From the NCBI RefSeq assembly GCF_963921235.1, contig NC_086097.1, positions 183,212,001-183,276,000 of the forward strand: DNA of 64,000 nucleotides. The letters are read 5' to 3'. A program made the position numbers and the translations under genes. This DNA is from Mobula hypostoma. Taxonomy: Eukaryota. The notes under the pieces are model-generated. The model was not told the DNA's origin. It saw only the letters and a list, made by a program, of their open reading frames with translations, and did not search any database. Shown here piece by piece: positions 24,301 through 36,300 of this stretch. Every line of letters starts with the position of its first letter. Positions within the stretch are counted from its first letter, which is position 1.

Positions 24301-27300
24301 CCTGCCCTCGCCTCAAGTCTCCAGCCTCCTACCTCCTGCCAAGCCTCTCTTCAAGTCTCCAGCCTCCTGCCTCCTGCCAAGCCTCGCCTCGTCTCCAGCC
24401 TCCTGCCTCCTGCCAAGCCTCGCCTCAAGTCTCTAGCCTCCTACCTCCTGCCAAGCCTCGCCTCAAGTCTCTAGCCTCCTGCCAAGCCTCGCCTCATCTC
24501 CAGCCTCCTGCCTCCTGCCAAGCCTCGCCTCAAGTCTCCAGCCTCCTGCTTCCTGCCAAGCCTCGCCTCATGTCTCTAGCCTACTGCCTCCTGCCAAGCC
24601 TCGCCTCATGTATCTAGCCTCCTACCTCCTGCTAAGACTCGCCTGAAGCCTCTAACCTCCTGCCTCCTGCAAAGCCTTGCCTCGTCTCCAGCATACTGCC
24701 AAGCGTCGCATCAAGTCTCCAGCCTCCTGCCAAGACTCACCTCGTCTCCAGCCTCCTGCCTCCAGCCAAGCCTCGCCTCAAGTCTCTAGCCTCCTACCAA
24801 GCCTTGCCTCCAGCCTCCTGCCTCCTGCCTAGTCACGCCTCACGTCTTCAGCCTCCTGCCAAGCCTCGCCTCAAGTCTCCAGCCTCCTGTCTCCTGCCAA
24901 GCCTCGCCTCAAGTCTGCAGCCTCCTGCTTCCTGCCAAGCCTTGCCTCATCTCCAGCATCCTGCCAAGCCTCGCCTCAAGTCTCCAGCCTCCTGTCTCCT
25001 GCCAAGCCTCGCCTCAAGTCTGCAGCCTCCTGCTTCCTGCCAAGCCTCGCGTCAAGTCTTTGCCTCCTGCCTCCTGCCAAGTCTCGCCTCAAGTCTGCAG
25101 CCTCATGCTTCCTGCCAAGCCTCGCCTCGTCTCTGCCTCCTGCCTCCTGCCATGACTCGCCTCGTCTCCAGCCTTCTGCCAAGCCTCACCTCATCTCCAG
25201 CCTCCTGCCTCCTGCCAAGCCTCGACTCAAGTCTTCAGCCTCCTGCCTCCTGCCAAGCCTTGCCTCGTCTCTAGCCTCCTACCTCCTGCCAAGCCTCGCC
25301 TCAAGTCTCTAGCTTCCAAACTCCTGCCAAGCCTCGCCTCAAGTCTCCAGCCTCATGCTTCCTGCCAAGCCTCACCTCGTCTCCAGCCTCCTGCCTCCTG
25401 CCAAGCCTCGACTCAAGTCTTCAGCCTCCTGCCTCCTGCCAAGCCTCGCCCCGTCTCTAGCCTCCTACCTCCTGCCAAGCCTCGCCTCAAGTCTCTAGCC
25501 TCCAGACTCCTGCCAAGCCTCGCCTCAAGTCTCCAGCCTCCTACTTCCTGCCAAGCCTCGCCTCAAGTCTCTGCCTCCTGCCTCCTGCTAAGACTCGCCT
25601 CAAGTCTCTTGCCTCCTGCCAAGCCTCGCATCAAGTCTCCAGCCTCCTGCCTCCTGCCAAGACTCATCTCAAGTCTCCAGCCACCTTCCTCCTGCCAAGC
25701 CTCGCCTCGTCTCCAGCCTCCTGCGTTCTGCCAAGTCTCGCCTCAAGTCTCCAGTCTCCTGCCTCCTGCCAAGCCTCGCCTTGTCTCCAGCCTTCTGCAA
25801 AGCCTCACCTCGTCTCCAGCCTCCTGCCTCCTGCCAAGCCTCGCCTCAAGTCTCCAGCCTCCTGCCCCCTGCCAAGCCTCGCCTCAAGTCTCCAGCCTCC
25901 ATTCTCCTGCCAAACTCGCCTCAAGCCTCTAGCCTCCTGCCTCCTGCTAAGCCTCGCCTCAAGTCTCCAGCCTCCTGCCTCCTGCCAATCCTCACGTTAA
26001 GTCTCTAGCCTCCTGCCAAGCCTCGCCTCAAGTCTCCATCCACCTGCCTCCTGCCAAGCCTCAAGCCTGAAGACTCCAGCCTCCTGCCTAGCCTCAAGTC
26101 GGAAGACTCCTGCCTCCTGCCAAGCCTCAAGCTTGAAGTCTCCAACCTCCTTCCCCCTGCTAAGCCTCGCATCAAGTCTCCAGCATCCTGTGTCCTGCCA
26201 AGCCTCGCCTCAAGTATCTAGCCTCCTGCCTCCTGCCAAGCCTCGCCTCAAGTCTCCAGCCACCTGCCAAGCCACGCCTCAAGTCTCTAGCCTCCTGCCT
26301 CCTGCCAAGCCTTGCCTCGTCTCCAGCCTTCTGCCAAGCCTCACCTTGTCTCCAGCCTCCTGCCAAGCCTTGACTCAAGTCTCCAGCCTCCTGCCTCCTG
26401 CCAAGCCTCGCCTCAAGTCTCCAGCCTCCTGCCTCCTGCCAAGCCTAGCCTCAATTCTCCAGCCTCCTGCTTCCTGCCAAGCCTCGCCTCAAGTCTCTGC
26501 CTCCTGCCTCCTGCCAAGCCTCGCCTCGTCTCCATCCTCCTGCCTCCTGCCAAGCCTTGACTCAATTCTCCAGCCTCCTGCTTCCTGCCAAGCCTCGCCT
26601 CAAGTCTCTGCCTCCTGCCTCCTGCCAAGCCTCACCTCGTCTCCAGCCCCCTGCATCCTGCCAAGCCTTGACTCAAGTCTCCAGCCACCTGCCAAGCCTC
26701 GCCTCAAGTCTCCAGCCTCCAGCCACCTGCCAAGCCTCGCCTCAAGTCTCCAGCCTCCAGCCTCCTGCCAAGCCTCGCCTCAAGGCTCCAGCCTCCTGCC
26801 TCCTGCCAAGCCACGCCTCAAGTCTCCAGCCTCCTGCCAGCTGCCAAGCCTCGCATCGTCTCCAGCCTCCTGCCCCCTGCCAAGCCTCGCCTCAAGTCTC
26901 CAGCCTCCTGCCTCCGCCAAGCCTCGCCTCAAGTCTCCAGCCTCCTGCCTCCTGCCAAGCCTTGCCTCGTCTCCAGCCTCCTGCCAAGGTTGCCTCAAGT
27001 CTCCAGCCTCCTGCCTCCTGCCAAGCCTTGCCTTAAGTCTCCAGCCTCCTGCCTCCTGCCAAGCCTCGCCTCACCTCCAGCCTCCTGCCTCCTGCCAAGC
27101 CTCGCCTCGTCTCCATCCTCCTGCCTCCTGCCAAGCCTTGACTCAATTCTCCAGCCTCCTGCTTCCTGCCAAGCCTCGCCTCAAGTCTCTGCCTCCTGCC
27201 TCCTGCCAAGCCTCACCTCGTCTCCAGCCCCCTGCATCCTGCCAAGCCTTGACTCAAGTCTCCAGCCACCTGCCAAGCCTCGCCTCAAGTCTCCAGCCTC

Positions 27301-30300
27301 CAGCCTCCTGCCAAGCCTCGCCTCAAGGCTCCAGCCTCCTGCCTCCTGCCAAGCCACGCCTCAAGTCTCCAGCCTCCTGCCAGCTACCAAGCCTCGCCTC
27401 AAGTCTCCAGCCTCCTGCTCCCTGCCAAGCCTCGCATCGTCTCCAGCCTCCTGCCCCCTGCCAAGCCTCGCCTCAAGTCTCCAGCGTCCTTCCCCCTGCC
27501 AATCCTCGCCTCAAGTCTCTGCCTCCTGCCTCCTGCCAAGACTCGCCTCGTCTCTTGCCTCCTGCCAAGTCTCGCATCAAGTCTCCAGCCTCCTGCCTCC
27601 TGCCTCCTGCCAAGACTCATCTCAAGTCTCCATCCTCCTGCCTCCTACCAAGCCTCGCCTCAAGTCTCTAGCCTCCTGCCTCCAGCCAAGCCTCGCCTTA
27701 AGTCTCCATCCTCCTGCCTCCTGCCAATCCTCGCCTCAAGTCTCTGCCTCCTGCCTCCTGCCAAGACTCGCCTCGTCTCTTGCCTCCTGCCAAGTCTCGC
27801 ATCAAGTCTCCAGCCTCCTGCCTCCTGCCTTCTGCCAAGACTCATCTCAAGCCTCTAGCCTCCTGCCTCCTTCCAAGCCTTGCCACAAGTCTCTAGCCTC
27901 CTGCCTCCAGCCAAGCCTCGCCTTAAGTCTCCATCCTCCTGCCTCCTGCCAAGCCTCGCCTCAGTCTCCAGCCTCCTGCCAAGCCTCGCCTCGTCTCTAG
28001 CCTCCTGCCTCCAGCCAAGCCTCGTCTTAAGTCTCCAGCCTCCTGCCTCCTGCCAAGCCTCGCCTCCGTCCCCAGCCTCCTGCCGCCTCACCTCAAGTCT
28101 CCAGCCTCCTGCTAAGCCTCGCCTCAAGTCTCCAGCCTCCTGCCTCCTGCCAAGCCTCACCTCGTCTCCAGCCTCCTGCCTCCTGCCAAGCCTCGCCTCA
28201 AGTCTCCAGCCTCCTGCCTCCTGCCAAGCCTCCAGCCTGAAGACTACAGCCTCCTGCCTAGCCTCAAGCCTGAAGACTCTAGCCTCCTGCCTAGCCTCAA
28301 GTCTGAAGACTCCTGCCTCCTGCCAAGCCTCGCCTCAAGTCTCCAGCCTCCTGCATCCTGCCAAGCCTCGCCTCAAGTCTCTAGCCTCCTGCCTCCTTCC
28401 AAGCCTCGTCTCATTTCTCCAGCCACCTGCCAATCCTCACCTCAAGTCTCCAGCTTCCAGCCTCCTGCCAAGCCTCGCCTCATGTTTCTAGCCTACTGCC
28501 TCCTGCCAAGCCTCGCCTCAAGTATCTAGCCTCCTACCTCCTGCTAAGACTCGCCTGAAGCCTCTAACCTCCTGCCTCCTGCAAAGCCTTGCCTCTTCTC
28601 CAGCATACTGCCAAGCGTCGCATCAAGTCTCCAGCCTCCTGCCAAGACTCACCTCGTCTCCAGCCTCCTGCCTCCAGCCAAGCCTCGCCTCAAGTCTCTA
28701 GCCTCCTACCAAGCCTTGCCTCCAGCCTCCTGCCTCCTGCCTAGTCACGCCTCACGTCTTCAGCCTCCTGCCAAGCCTCGCCTCAAGTCTCCAGCCTCCT
28801 GTCTCCTGCCAAGCCTCGCCTCAAGTCTGCAGCCTCCTGCTTCCTGCCAAGCCTTGCCTCATCTCCAGCATCCTGCCAAGCCTCGCCTCAAGTCTCCAGC
28901 CTCCTGTCTCCTGCCAAGCCTCGCCTCAAGTCTGCAGCCTCCTGCTTCCTGCCAAGCCTCGCGTCAAGTCTTTGCCTCCTGCCTCCTGCCAAGTCTCGCC
29001 TCAAGTCTGCAGCCTCATGCTTCCTGCCAAGCCTCGCCTCGTCTCTGCCTCCTGCCTCCTGCCATGACTCGCCTCGTCTCCAGCCTTCTGCCAAGCCTCA
29101 CCTCATCTCCAGCCTCCTGCCTCCTGCCAAGCCTCGACTCAAGTCTTCAGCCTCCTGCCTCCTGCCAAGCCTTGCCTCGTCTCTAGCCTCCTACCTCCTG
29201 CCAAGCCTCGCCTCAAGTCTCTAGCTTCCAAACTCCTGCCAAGCCTCGCCTCAAGTCTCCAGCCTCATGCTTCCTGCCAAGCCTCGCCTCAAGTCTCTGC
29301 CTCCTGCCTCCTACCATGACTCGCCTCGTCTCCAGCCTTCTGCCAAGCCTCACCTCGTCTCCAGCCTCCTGCCTCCTGCCAAGCCTCGACTCAAGTCTTC
29401 AGCCTCCTGCCTCCTGCCAAGCCTCGCCCCGTCTCTAGCCTCCTACCTCCTGCCAAGCCTCGCCTCAAGTCTCTAGCCTCCAGACTCCTGCCAAGCCTCG
29501 CCTCAAGTCTCCAGCCTCCTACTTCCTGCCAAGCCTCGCCTCAAGTCTCTGCCTCCTGCCTCCTGCTAAGACTCGCCTCAAGTCTCTTGCCTCCTGCCAA
29601 GCCTCGCATCAAGTCTCCAGCCTCCTGCCTCCTGCCAAGACTCATCTCAAGTCTCCAGCCACCTTCCTCCTGCCAAGCCTCGCCTCTTCTCCAGCCTCCT
29701 GCGTTCTGCCAAGTCTCGCCTCAAGTCTCCAGCCTCCTGCTTCCTGCCAAGCCTCGCCTCAAGTCTCCTGCCTCCTGCCAAGCCTCGCCTTGTCTCCAGC
29801 CTTCTGCAAAGCCTCACCTCGTCTCCAGCCTCCTGCCTCCTGCCAAGCCTCGCCTCAAGTCTCCAGCCTCCTGCACCCTGCCAAGCCTCGCCTCAAGTCT
29901 CCAGCCTCCATTCTCCTGCCAAACTCGCCTCAAGCCTCTAGCCTCCTGCCTCCTGCTAAGCCTCGCCTCAAGTCTCCAGCCTCCTGCCTCCTGCCAATCC
30001 TCACGTCAAGTCTCTAGCCTCCTGCCAAGCCTCGCCTCAAGTCTCCATCCACCTGCCTCCTGCCAAGCCTCAAGCCTGAAGACTCCAGCCTCCTGCCTAG
30101 CCTCAAGTCTGAAGACTCCTGCCTCCTGCCAAGCCTCAAGCTTGAAGTCTCCAACCTCCTTCCCCCTGCTAAGCCTCGCATCAAGTCTCCAGCCTCCTGT
30201 GTCCTGCCAAGCCTCGCCTCAAGTATCTAGCCTCCTGCCTCCTGCCAAGACTCGCCTCAAGTCTCCAGCCACCTGCCAAGCCACGCCTCAAGTCTCTAGC

Positions 30301-33300
30301 CTCCTGCCTCCTGCCAAGCCTTGCCTCGTCTCCAGCCTTCTGCCAAGCCTCGCCTTGTCTCCAGCCTCCTGCCAAGCATTGACTCAAGTCTCCAGCCTCC
30401 TGCCTCCTGCCAAGCCTCGCCTCAAGTCTCCAGGCTCCTGCTTCCTGCCAAGCCTAGCCTCAATTCTCCAGCCTCCTGCTTCCTGCCAAGCCTCGCCTCA
30501 AGTCTCTGCCTCCTGCCTCCTGCCAAGCCTCGCCTCGTCTCCATCCTCCTGCCTCCTGCCAAGCCTTGACTCAATTCTCCAGCCTCCTGCTTCCTGCCAA
30601 GCCTCGCCTCAAGTCTCTGCCTCCTGCCTCCTGCCAAGCCTCACCTCGTCTCCAGCCCCCTGCATCCTGCCAAGCCTTGACTCAAGTCTCCAGCCACCTG
30701 CCAAGCCTCGCCTCAAGTCTCCAGCCTCCAGCCACCTGCCAAGCCTCGCCTCAAGTCTCCAGCCTCCAGCCTCCTGCCAAGCCTCGCCTCAAGGCTCCAG
30801 CCTCCTGCCTCCTGCCAAGCCACGCCTCAAGTCTCCAGCCTCCTGCCAGCTGCCAAGCCTCGCATCGTCTCCAGCCTCCTGCCCCCTGCCAAGCCTCGCC
30901 TCAAGTCTCCAGCCTCCTGCCTCCGCCAAGCCTCGCCTCAAGTCTCCAGCCTCCTGCCTCCTGCCAAGCCTTGCCTCGTCTCCAGCCTCCTGCCAAGGTT
31001 GCCTCAAGTCTCCAGCCTCCTGCCTCCTGCCAAGCCTTGCCTTAAGTCTCCAGCCTCCTGCCTCCTGCCAAGCCTCGCCTCACCTCCAGCCTCCTGCCTC
31101 CTGCCAAGCCTCGCCTCGTCTCCATCCTCCTGCCTCCTGCCAAGCCTTGCCTCAAGTCTCCAGCCTCCTGCTCCCTGCCAAGCCTCGCATCGTCTCCAGC
31201 CTCCTGCCCCCTGCCATGCCTCGCCTCAAGTCTCCAGCCTCCTGCCTCCGCCAAGCCTCGCCTCAAGTCTCCAGCCTCCTGCCTCCTGCCAAGCCTTGCC
31301 TCGTCTCCAGCCTCCTGCCAAGGTTGCCTCAAGTCTCCAGCCTCCTGCCTCCTGCCAAGCCTTGCCTCAAGTCTCTAGCCTCCTGCCTCCTGCCAAGCCT
31401 CGCCTCATCTCCAGCCTCCTGCCTCCTGCCAAGCCTCGCCTCGTTTCCAGCCTCCTGCCTCCTGCCGAGACTCGCCTCAAGTCTCCTGCCGCCTGCCAAG
31501 CCTCGCCTCAAGTCTCCAGCCTCCTGCCTCCTGCCAAGACTCATCTCAAGTCTCCAGCCTCCTGCCTCCTGCCAAGCCTCGCCTCGTCTCTAGCCTCTGG
31601 CCTCCTGCCAAGACTCATCTCAAGCCTCTAGCCTCCAGCCTCCTGCCTCTAGCCAAGCCTCGCCTCAAGTCTCTAGCCTCCTGCCAAGCCTCACCTCAAG
31701 TTCTCCAGCCTCCTTCCTCCTGCCAAGCCTCAAGCCTGAAGACTCTGGCCTCCTGCCAAGCCTCAAGCCTGAAGACTCTAGCCTCCTGCCTAGCCTCAAG
31801 TCTTAAGACTCCTGCCTCCTTCCAAGCCTCGCCTCATGTCTCCAGCCACCTGCCAAGCCTCGCCTCAAGTCTCCAGCTTCCATCCTCCTGCCAAGCCTCG
31901 CCTTGTCTCCAGCCTCCTGCCAAGCCTTGCCTCAAATCTCTAGCCTCCTGCCAAGCCTCGCCTCAAGTCTCCAGCCTCCTACCTCCTGCCAAGCCTCGCT
32001 TCAAGTCTCCAGCCTCCTGCCTCCCGCCAAGCCTCGCCTCGTCTCCAGTCTCCTGCCTCCTGCCAAGCCTCGCCTCAAGTCTCTAGCCTCCTGCCTCCTG
32101 CCAAGCCTCGCCTCAAGCCTCTAGCCTCCAGCCTCCTGCCTCTAGCCAAGCCTCGCCTCAAGTCTCTAGCCTCCTGCCAAGCCTCACCTCAAGTTCTCCA
32201 GCCTCCTTCCTCCTGCCAAGCCTCAAGCCTGAAGACTCTGGCCTCCTGCCAAGCGTCAAGCCTGAAGACTCTAGCCTCCTGCCTAGCCTCAAGTCTTAAG
32301 ACTCCTGCCTCCTTCCAAGCCTCGCCTCATGTCTCCAGCCACCTGCCAAGCCTCGCCTCAAGTCTCCAGCTTCCATCCTCCTGCCAAGCCTCGCCTTGTC
32401 TCCAGCCTCCTGCCAAGCCTTGCCTCAAATCTCTAGCCTCCTGCCAAGCCTCGCCTCAAGTCTCCAGCCTCCTACCTCCTGCCAAGCCTCGCTTCAAGTC
32501 TCCAGCCTCCTGCCTCCTGCCAAGCCTCGCCTCGTCTCCAGTCTCCTGCCTCCTGCCAAGCCTCGCCTCAAGTCTCTAGCCTCCTGCCTCCTGCCAAGCC
32601 TCGCCTCAAGTCTCTAGCCTCCTGCCTCCTGCCAAGCCTCGCCTCAAGTCTCTAGCCTCCTACCTCTTGCCAAGACTCGCCTGAAGCCTCCAGCCTCCTG
32701 CCTCCTGCAAAGCCTCGCCTCAAGTCTCTAGCCTCCTGCCAAGCCTCGCATCAAGTCTCCAGCCTCCTGCCAAGACTCACGTCAAGTCTCCAGCCTCCTG
32801 CCTCCAGCCAAGCCTTGCTTCAAGTCTCTAGCCTCCTGCCAAGCCTCGCCTCGTCTCCAGCCTCCTGCCAAGCCTCGCCTCAAGTCTCCAGCCTCCTGCT
32901 TCCTGCCAAGTCTCGTCTCATGTCTCTAGCTTCCTGCCTCCTGCCAAGCCTCGCCTCAAGTCTCTAGCCTCCTACCTCCTGCCAAGACTCGCCTGAAGCC
33001 TCTAGCCTCCTGCCTCCTGCATAGCCTCGCCTCGTCTCTAGCATACTGCCAAGCCTCGCCTCAAGTCTCCATCCTCCTGCCTCCTGCCAAGCCTCACCTC
33101 AAGTCTCCAGCCTCCTGCTTCCTGCCAAGCCTCGCCTCAAGTCTCTGCCTCCTCCCTCCTGCCATGACTCGCCTCGTCTCCAGCCTTCTGCCTCCTGCCA
33201 AGCCACGACTCAAGTCTTCAGCCTCCTGCCTCCTGCCTAGACTCGCCTCAAGTCTCTTTCCTCCTGCCATGCCTCGCATCAAGTCTCCAGCCTCCTGCCT

Positions 33301-36300
33301 CCTGCCAAGCCTCGCCTCAAGTCTCCAGCCTCCTGCCACCTGCCAAGCCTCACCTCAAGTCTCCAGCCTCCTGCCCCCCGCCAAGCCTCACATCAAGTCT
33401 CCAGCCTCCAGCCAAGCCTTGCCTCAAGTCTCCAGCCTCCTGCCTCTAGCCAAGCCTTGCTTCAAGTCTCTAGCCTCCTGCCAAGCCTCGCCTCGTCTCC
33501 AGCCTCCTGCCAAGCCTCGCCTCAAGTCTCCAGCCTCCTGCTTCCTGCCAAGCCTCGTCTCATGTCTCTAGCTTCCTGCCTCCTGCCAAGCCTCGCCTCA
33601 AGTCTCTAGCCTCCTACCTCCTGCCAAGACTCGCCTGAAGCCTCTAGCCTCCTGCCTCCTGCCAAGCCTCGCCTCGTCTCTAGCATACTGCCAAGCCTCG
33701 AATCAAGTCTCCATCCTCCTGCCTCCTGCCAAGCCTCACCTCAAGTCTCCAGCCTCCTGCTTCCTGCCAAGCCTCGCCTCAAGTCTCTGCCTCCTCCCTC
33801 CTGCCATGACTCACCTCGTCTCCAGCCTTCTGTCTCCTGCCAAGCCACGACTCAAGTCTTCAGCCTCCTGCCTCCTGCCTAGACTCGCCTCAAGTCTCTT
33901 TCCTCCTGCCATGCCTCGCATCAAGTCTCCAGCCTCCTGCTTCCTGCCAAGACTAATCTCAAGTCTCCAGCCTCCAGCCTCCTGCCAAGCCTCGCCTCGT
34001 CTCCAGCCTCCTGCCAAGCCTCGCCTCAAGTCTCCAGCCTCCTGCCACCTGCCAAGCCTCGCCTCAAGTCTCCAGCCTCCTGCCCCCCGCCAAGCCTCAC
34101 ATCAAGTCTCCAGCCTCCAGCCAAGGCTTGCCTCAAGTCTCCAGCCTCCTGCCTCCTGCCAAGCCTCACCTCGTCTCCAACCTCCTGCCTCCTGCCAAGA
34201 CTCGCCTCAAGTCTTTTGCCTCCTGCCAAGCCTCGCATCAAGTCTCCAGCCTCCTGCCTCCTGCCAAGACTCATCTCAAGTCTCCAGCCTCCTGCCTCCT
34301 GCCAAGCCTCGCCTCGTCTCCAGCCTCCTGCCTCCTGCCAAGCCTCGCCTCGTCTCCAGCCTCCTGCCTCCTGCCAAGCCTCGCCTCGTCTCCAGCCTCC
34401 TGCCTCCTGCCAAGCCTCGCCTCGTTTCCAGCCTCCTGCCTCCTGCCAAGACTCGCCTCAAGTCTCTTGCCTCCTGCCAAGCCTCGCATCAAGTCTCCAG
34501 CCTCCTGCCTCCTGCCAAGACTCATCTCAAGTCTCCAGCCTCCTGCCTCCTGCCAAGCCTCGCCTCGTCTCTAGCCTCCGGCCTCCTGCCAAGACTCATC
34601 TCAAGCCTCTAGCCTCCAGCCTCCTACCTCCTGCCAAGCCTTGCTTCAAGTCTCCAGCCTCCTGCCTCCTGCCAAGCCTCACCTCGTCTCCAACCTCCTG
34701 CCTCCTGCCAAGACTCGCCTCAAGTCTCTTGCCTCCTGCCAAGCCTCGCATCAAGTCTCCATCCTCCTGCCCCCCGCCAAGCCTCACATCAAGTCTCCAG
34801 CCTCCAGCCAAGCCTTGCCTCAAGTCTCCAGCCACCTGCCTCCTGCCAAGCCTCACCTCGTCTCCAACCTCCTGCCTCCTGCCAAGACCCGCCTCAAGTC
34901 TCTTGCCTCCTGCCAAGCCTCGCATCAAGTCTCCAGCCTCCTGCCTCCTGCCAAGACTCATCTCAAGACTCCAGCCTCCTGCCTCCTGCCAAGCCTTGCC
35001 TCGTCTCCAGCCTCCTGCCTCCTGCCAAGCCTCGCCTCAAGTCTCCAGCCTCCTGCCTCCTGCCAAGCCTCGCCTCGTTTCCAGCCTCCTGCCTCCTGCC
35101 AAGACTCGCCTCAAGTCTCTTGCCTCCTGCCAAGCCTCGCATCAAGTCTCCAGCCTCCTGCCTCCTGCCAAGACTCACCTCGTCTCCAACCTCCTGCCTC
35201 CTGCCAGGCCTCGCCTCAAGTCTCTAGCCTCCTACCACCTGCCAAGACTCGCCCGAAGCCTCTAGCCTCCTGCCTCCTGCAAAGCCTCGCCTGAAGTCTC
35301 CAGCCTCCTGCCTCCTGCCAAGCCTTGCCTCGTCTCCAGCCTCCTGCCAAGGTTGCCTCAAGTCTCCAGCCTCCTGCCTCCTGCCAAGCCTTGCCTAAAG
35401 TCTCCAGCCTCCTGCCTCCTGCCAAGCCTCGCCTCAAGGCTCCAGCCTCCTGCCTCCTGCCAAGCCTCGCCTCGTCTCCATCCTCCTGCCTCCTGCCAAG
35501 CCTTGCCTCAAGTCTCCAGCCTCCTGCTCCCTGCCAAGCCTCGCATCGTCTCCAGCCTCCTGCCCCCTGCCATGCCTCGCCTCAAGTCTCCAGCCTCCTG
35601 CCTCCGCCAAGCCTCGCCTCAAGTCTCCAGCCTCCTGCCTCCTGCCAAGCCTTGCCTCGTCTCCAGCCTCCTGCCAAGGTTGCCTCAAGTCTCCAGCCTC
35701 CTGCCTCCTGCCAAGCCTTGCCTCAAGTCTCTAGCCTCCTGCCTCCTGCCAAGCCTCGCCTCATCTCCAGCCTCCTGCCTCCTGCCAAGCCTCGCCTCGT
35801 TTCCAGCCTCCTGCCTCCTGCCGAGACTCGCCTCAAGTCTCTTGCCTGCTGCCAAGCCTCGCATCAAGTCTCCAGCCTCCTGCCTCCTGCCAAGACTCAT
35901 CTCAAGTCTCCAGCCTCCTGCCTCCTGCCAAGCCTCGCCTCGTCTCTAGCCTCTGGCCTCCTGCCAAGACTCATCTCAAGCCTCTAGCCTCCAGCCTCCT
36001 GCCTCTAGCCAAGCCTCGCCTCAAGTCTCTAGCCTCCTGCCAAGCCTCACCTCAAGTTCTCCAGCCTCCTTCCTCCTGCCAAGCCTCAAGCCTGAAGACT
36101 CTGGCCTCCTGCCAAGCCTCAAGCCTGAAGACTCTAGCCTCCTGCCTAGCCTCAAGTCTTAAGACTCCTGCCTCCTTCCAAGCCTCGCCTCATGTCTCCA
36201 GCCACCTGCCAAGCCTCGCCTCAAGTCTCCAGCTTCCATCCTCCTGCCAAGCCTCGCCTTGTCTCCAGCCTCCTGCCAAGCCTTGCCTCAAATCTCTAGC

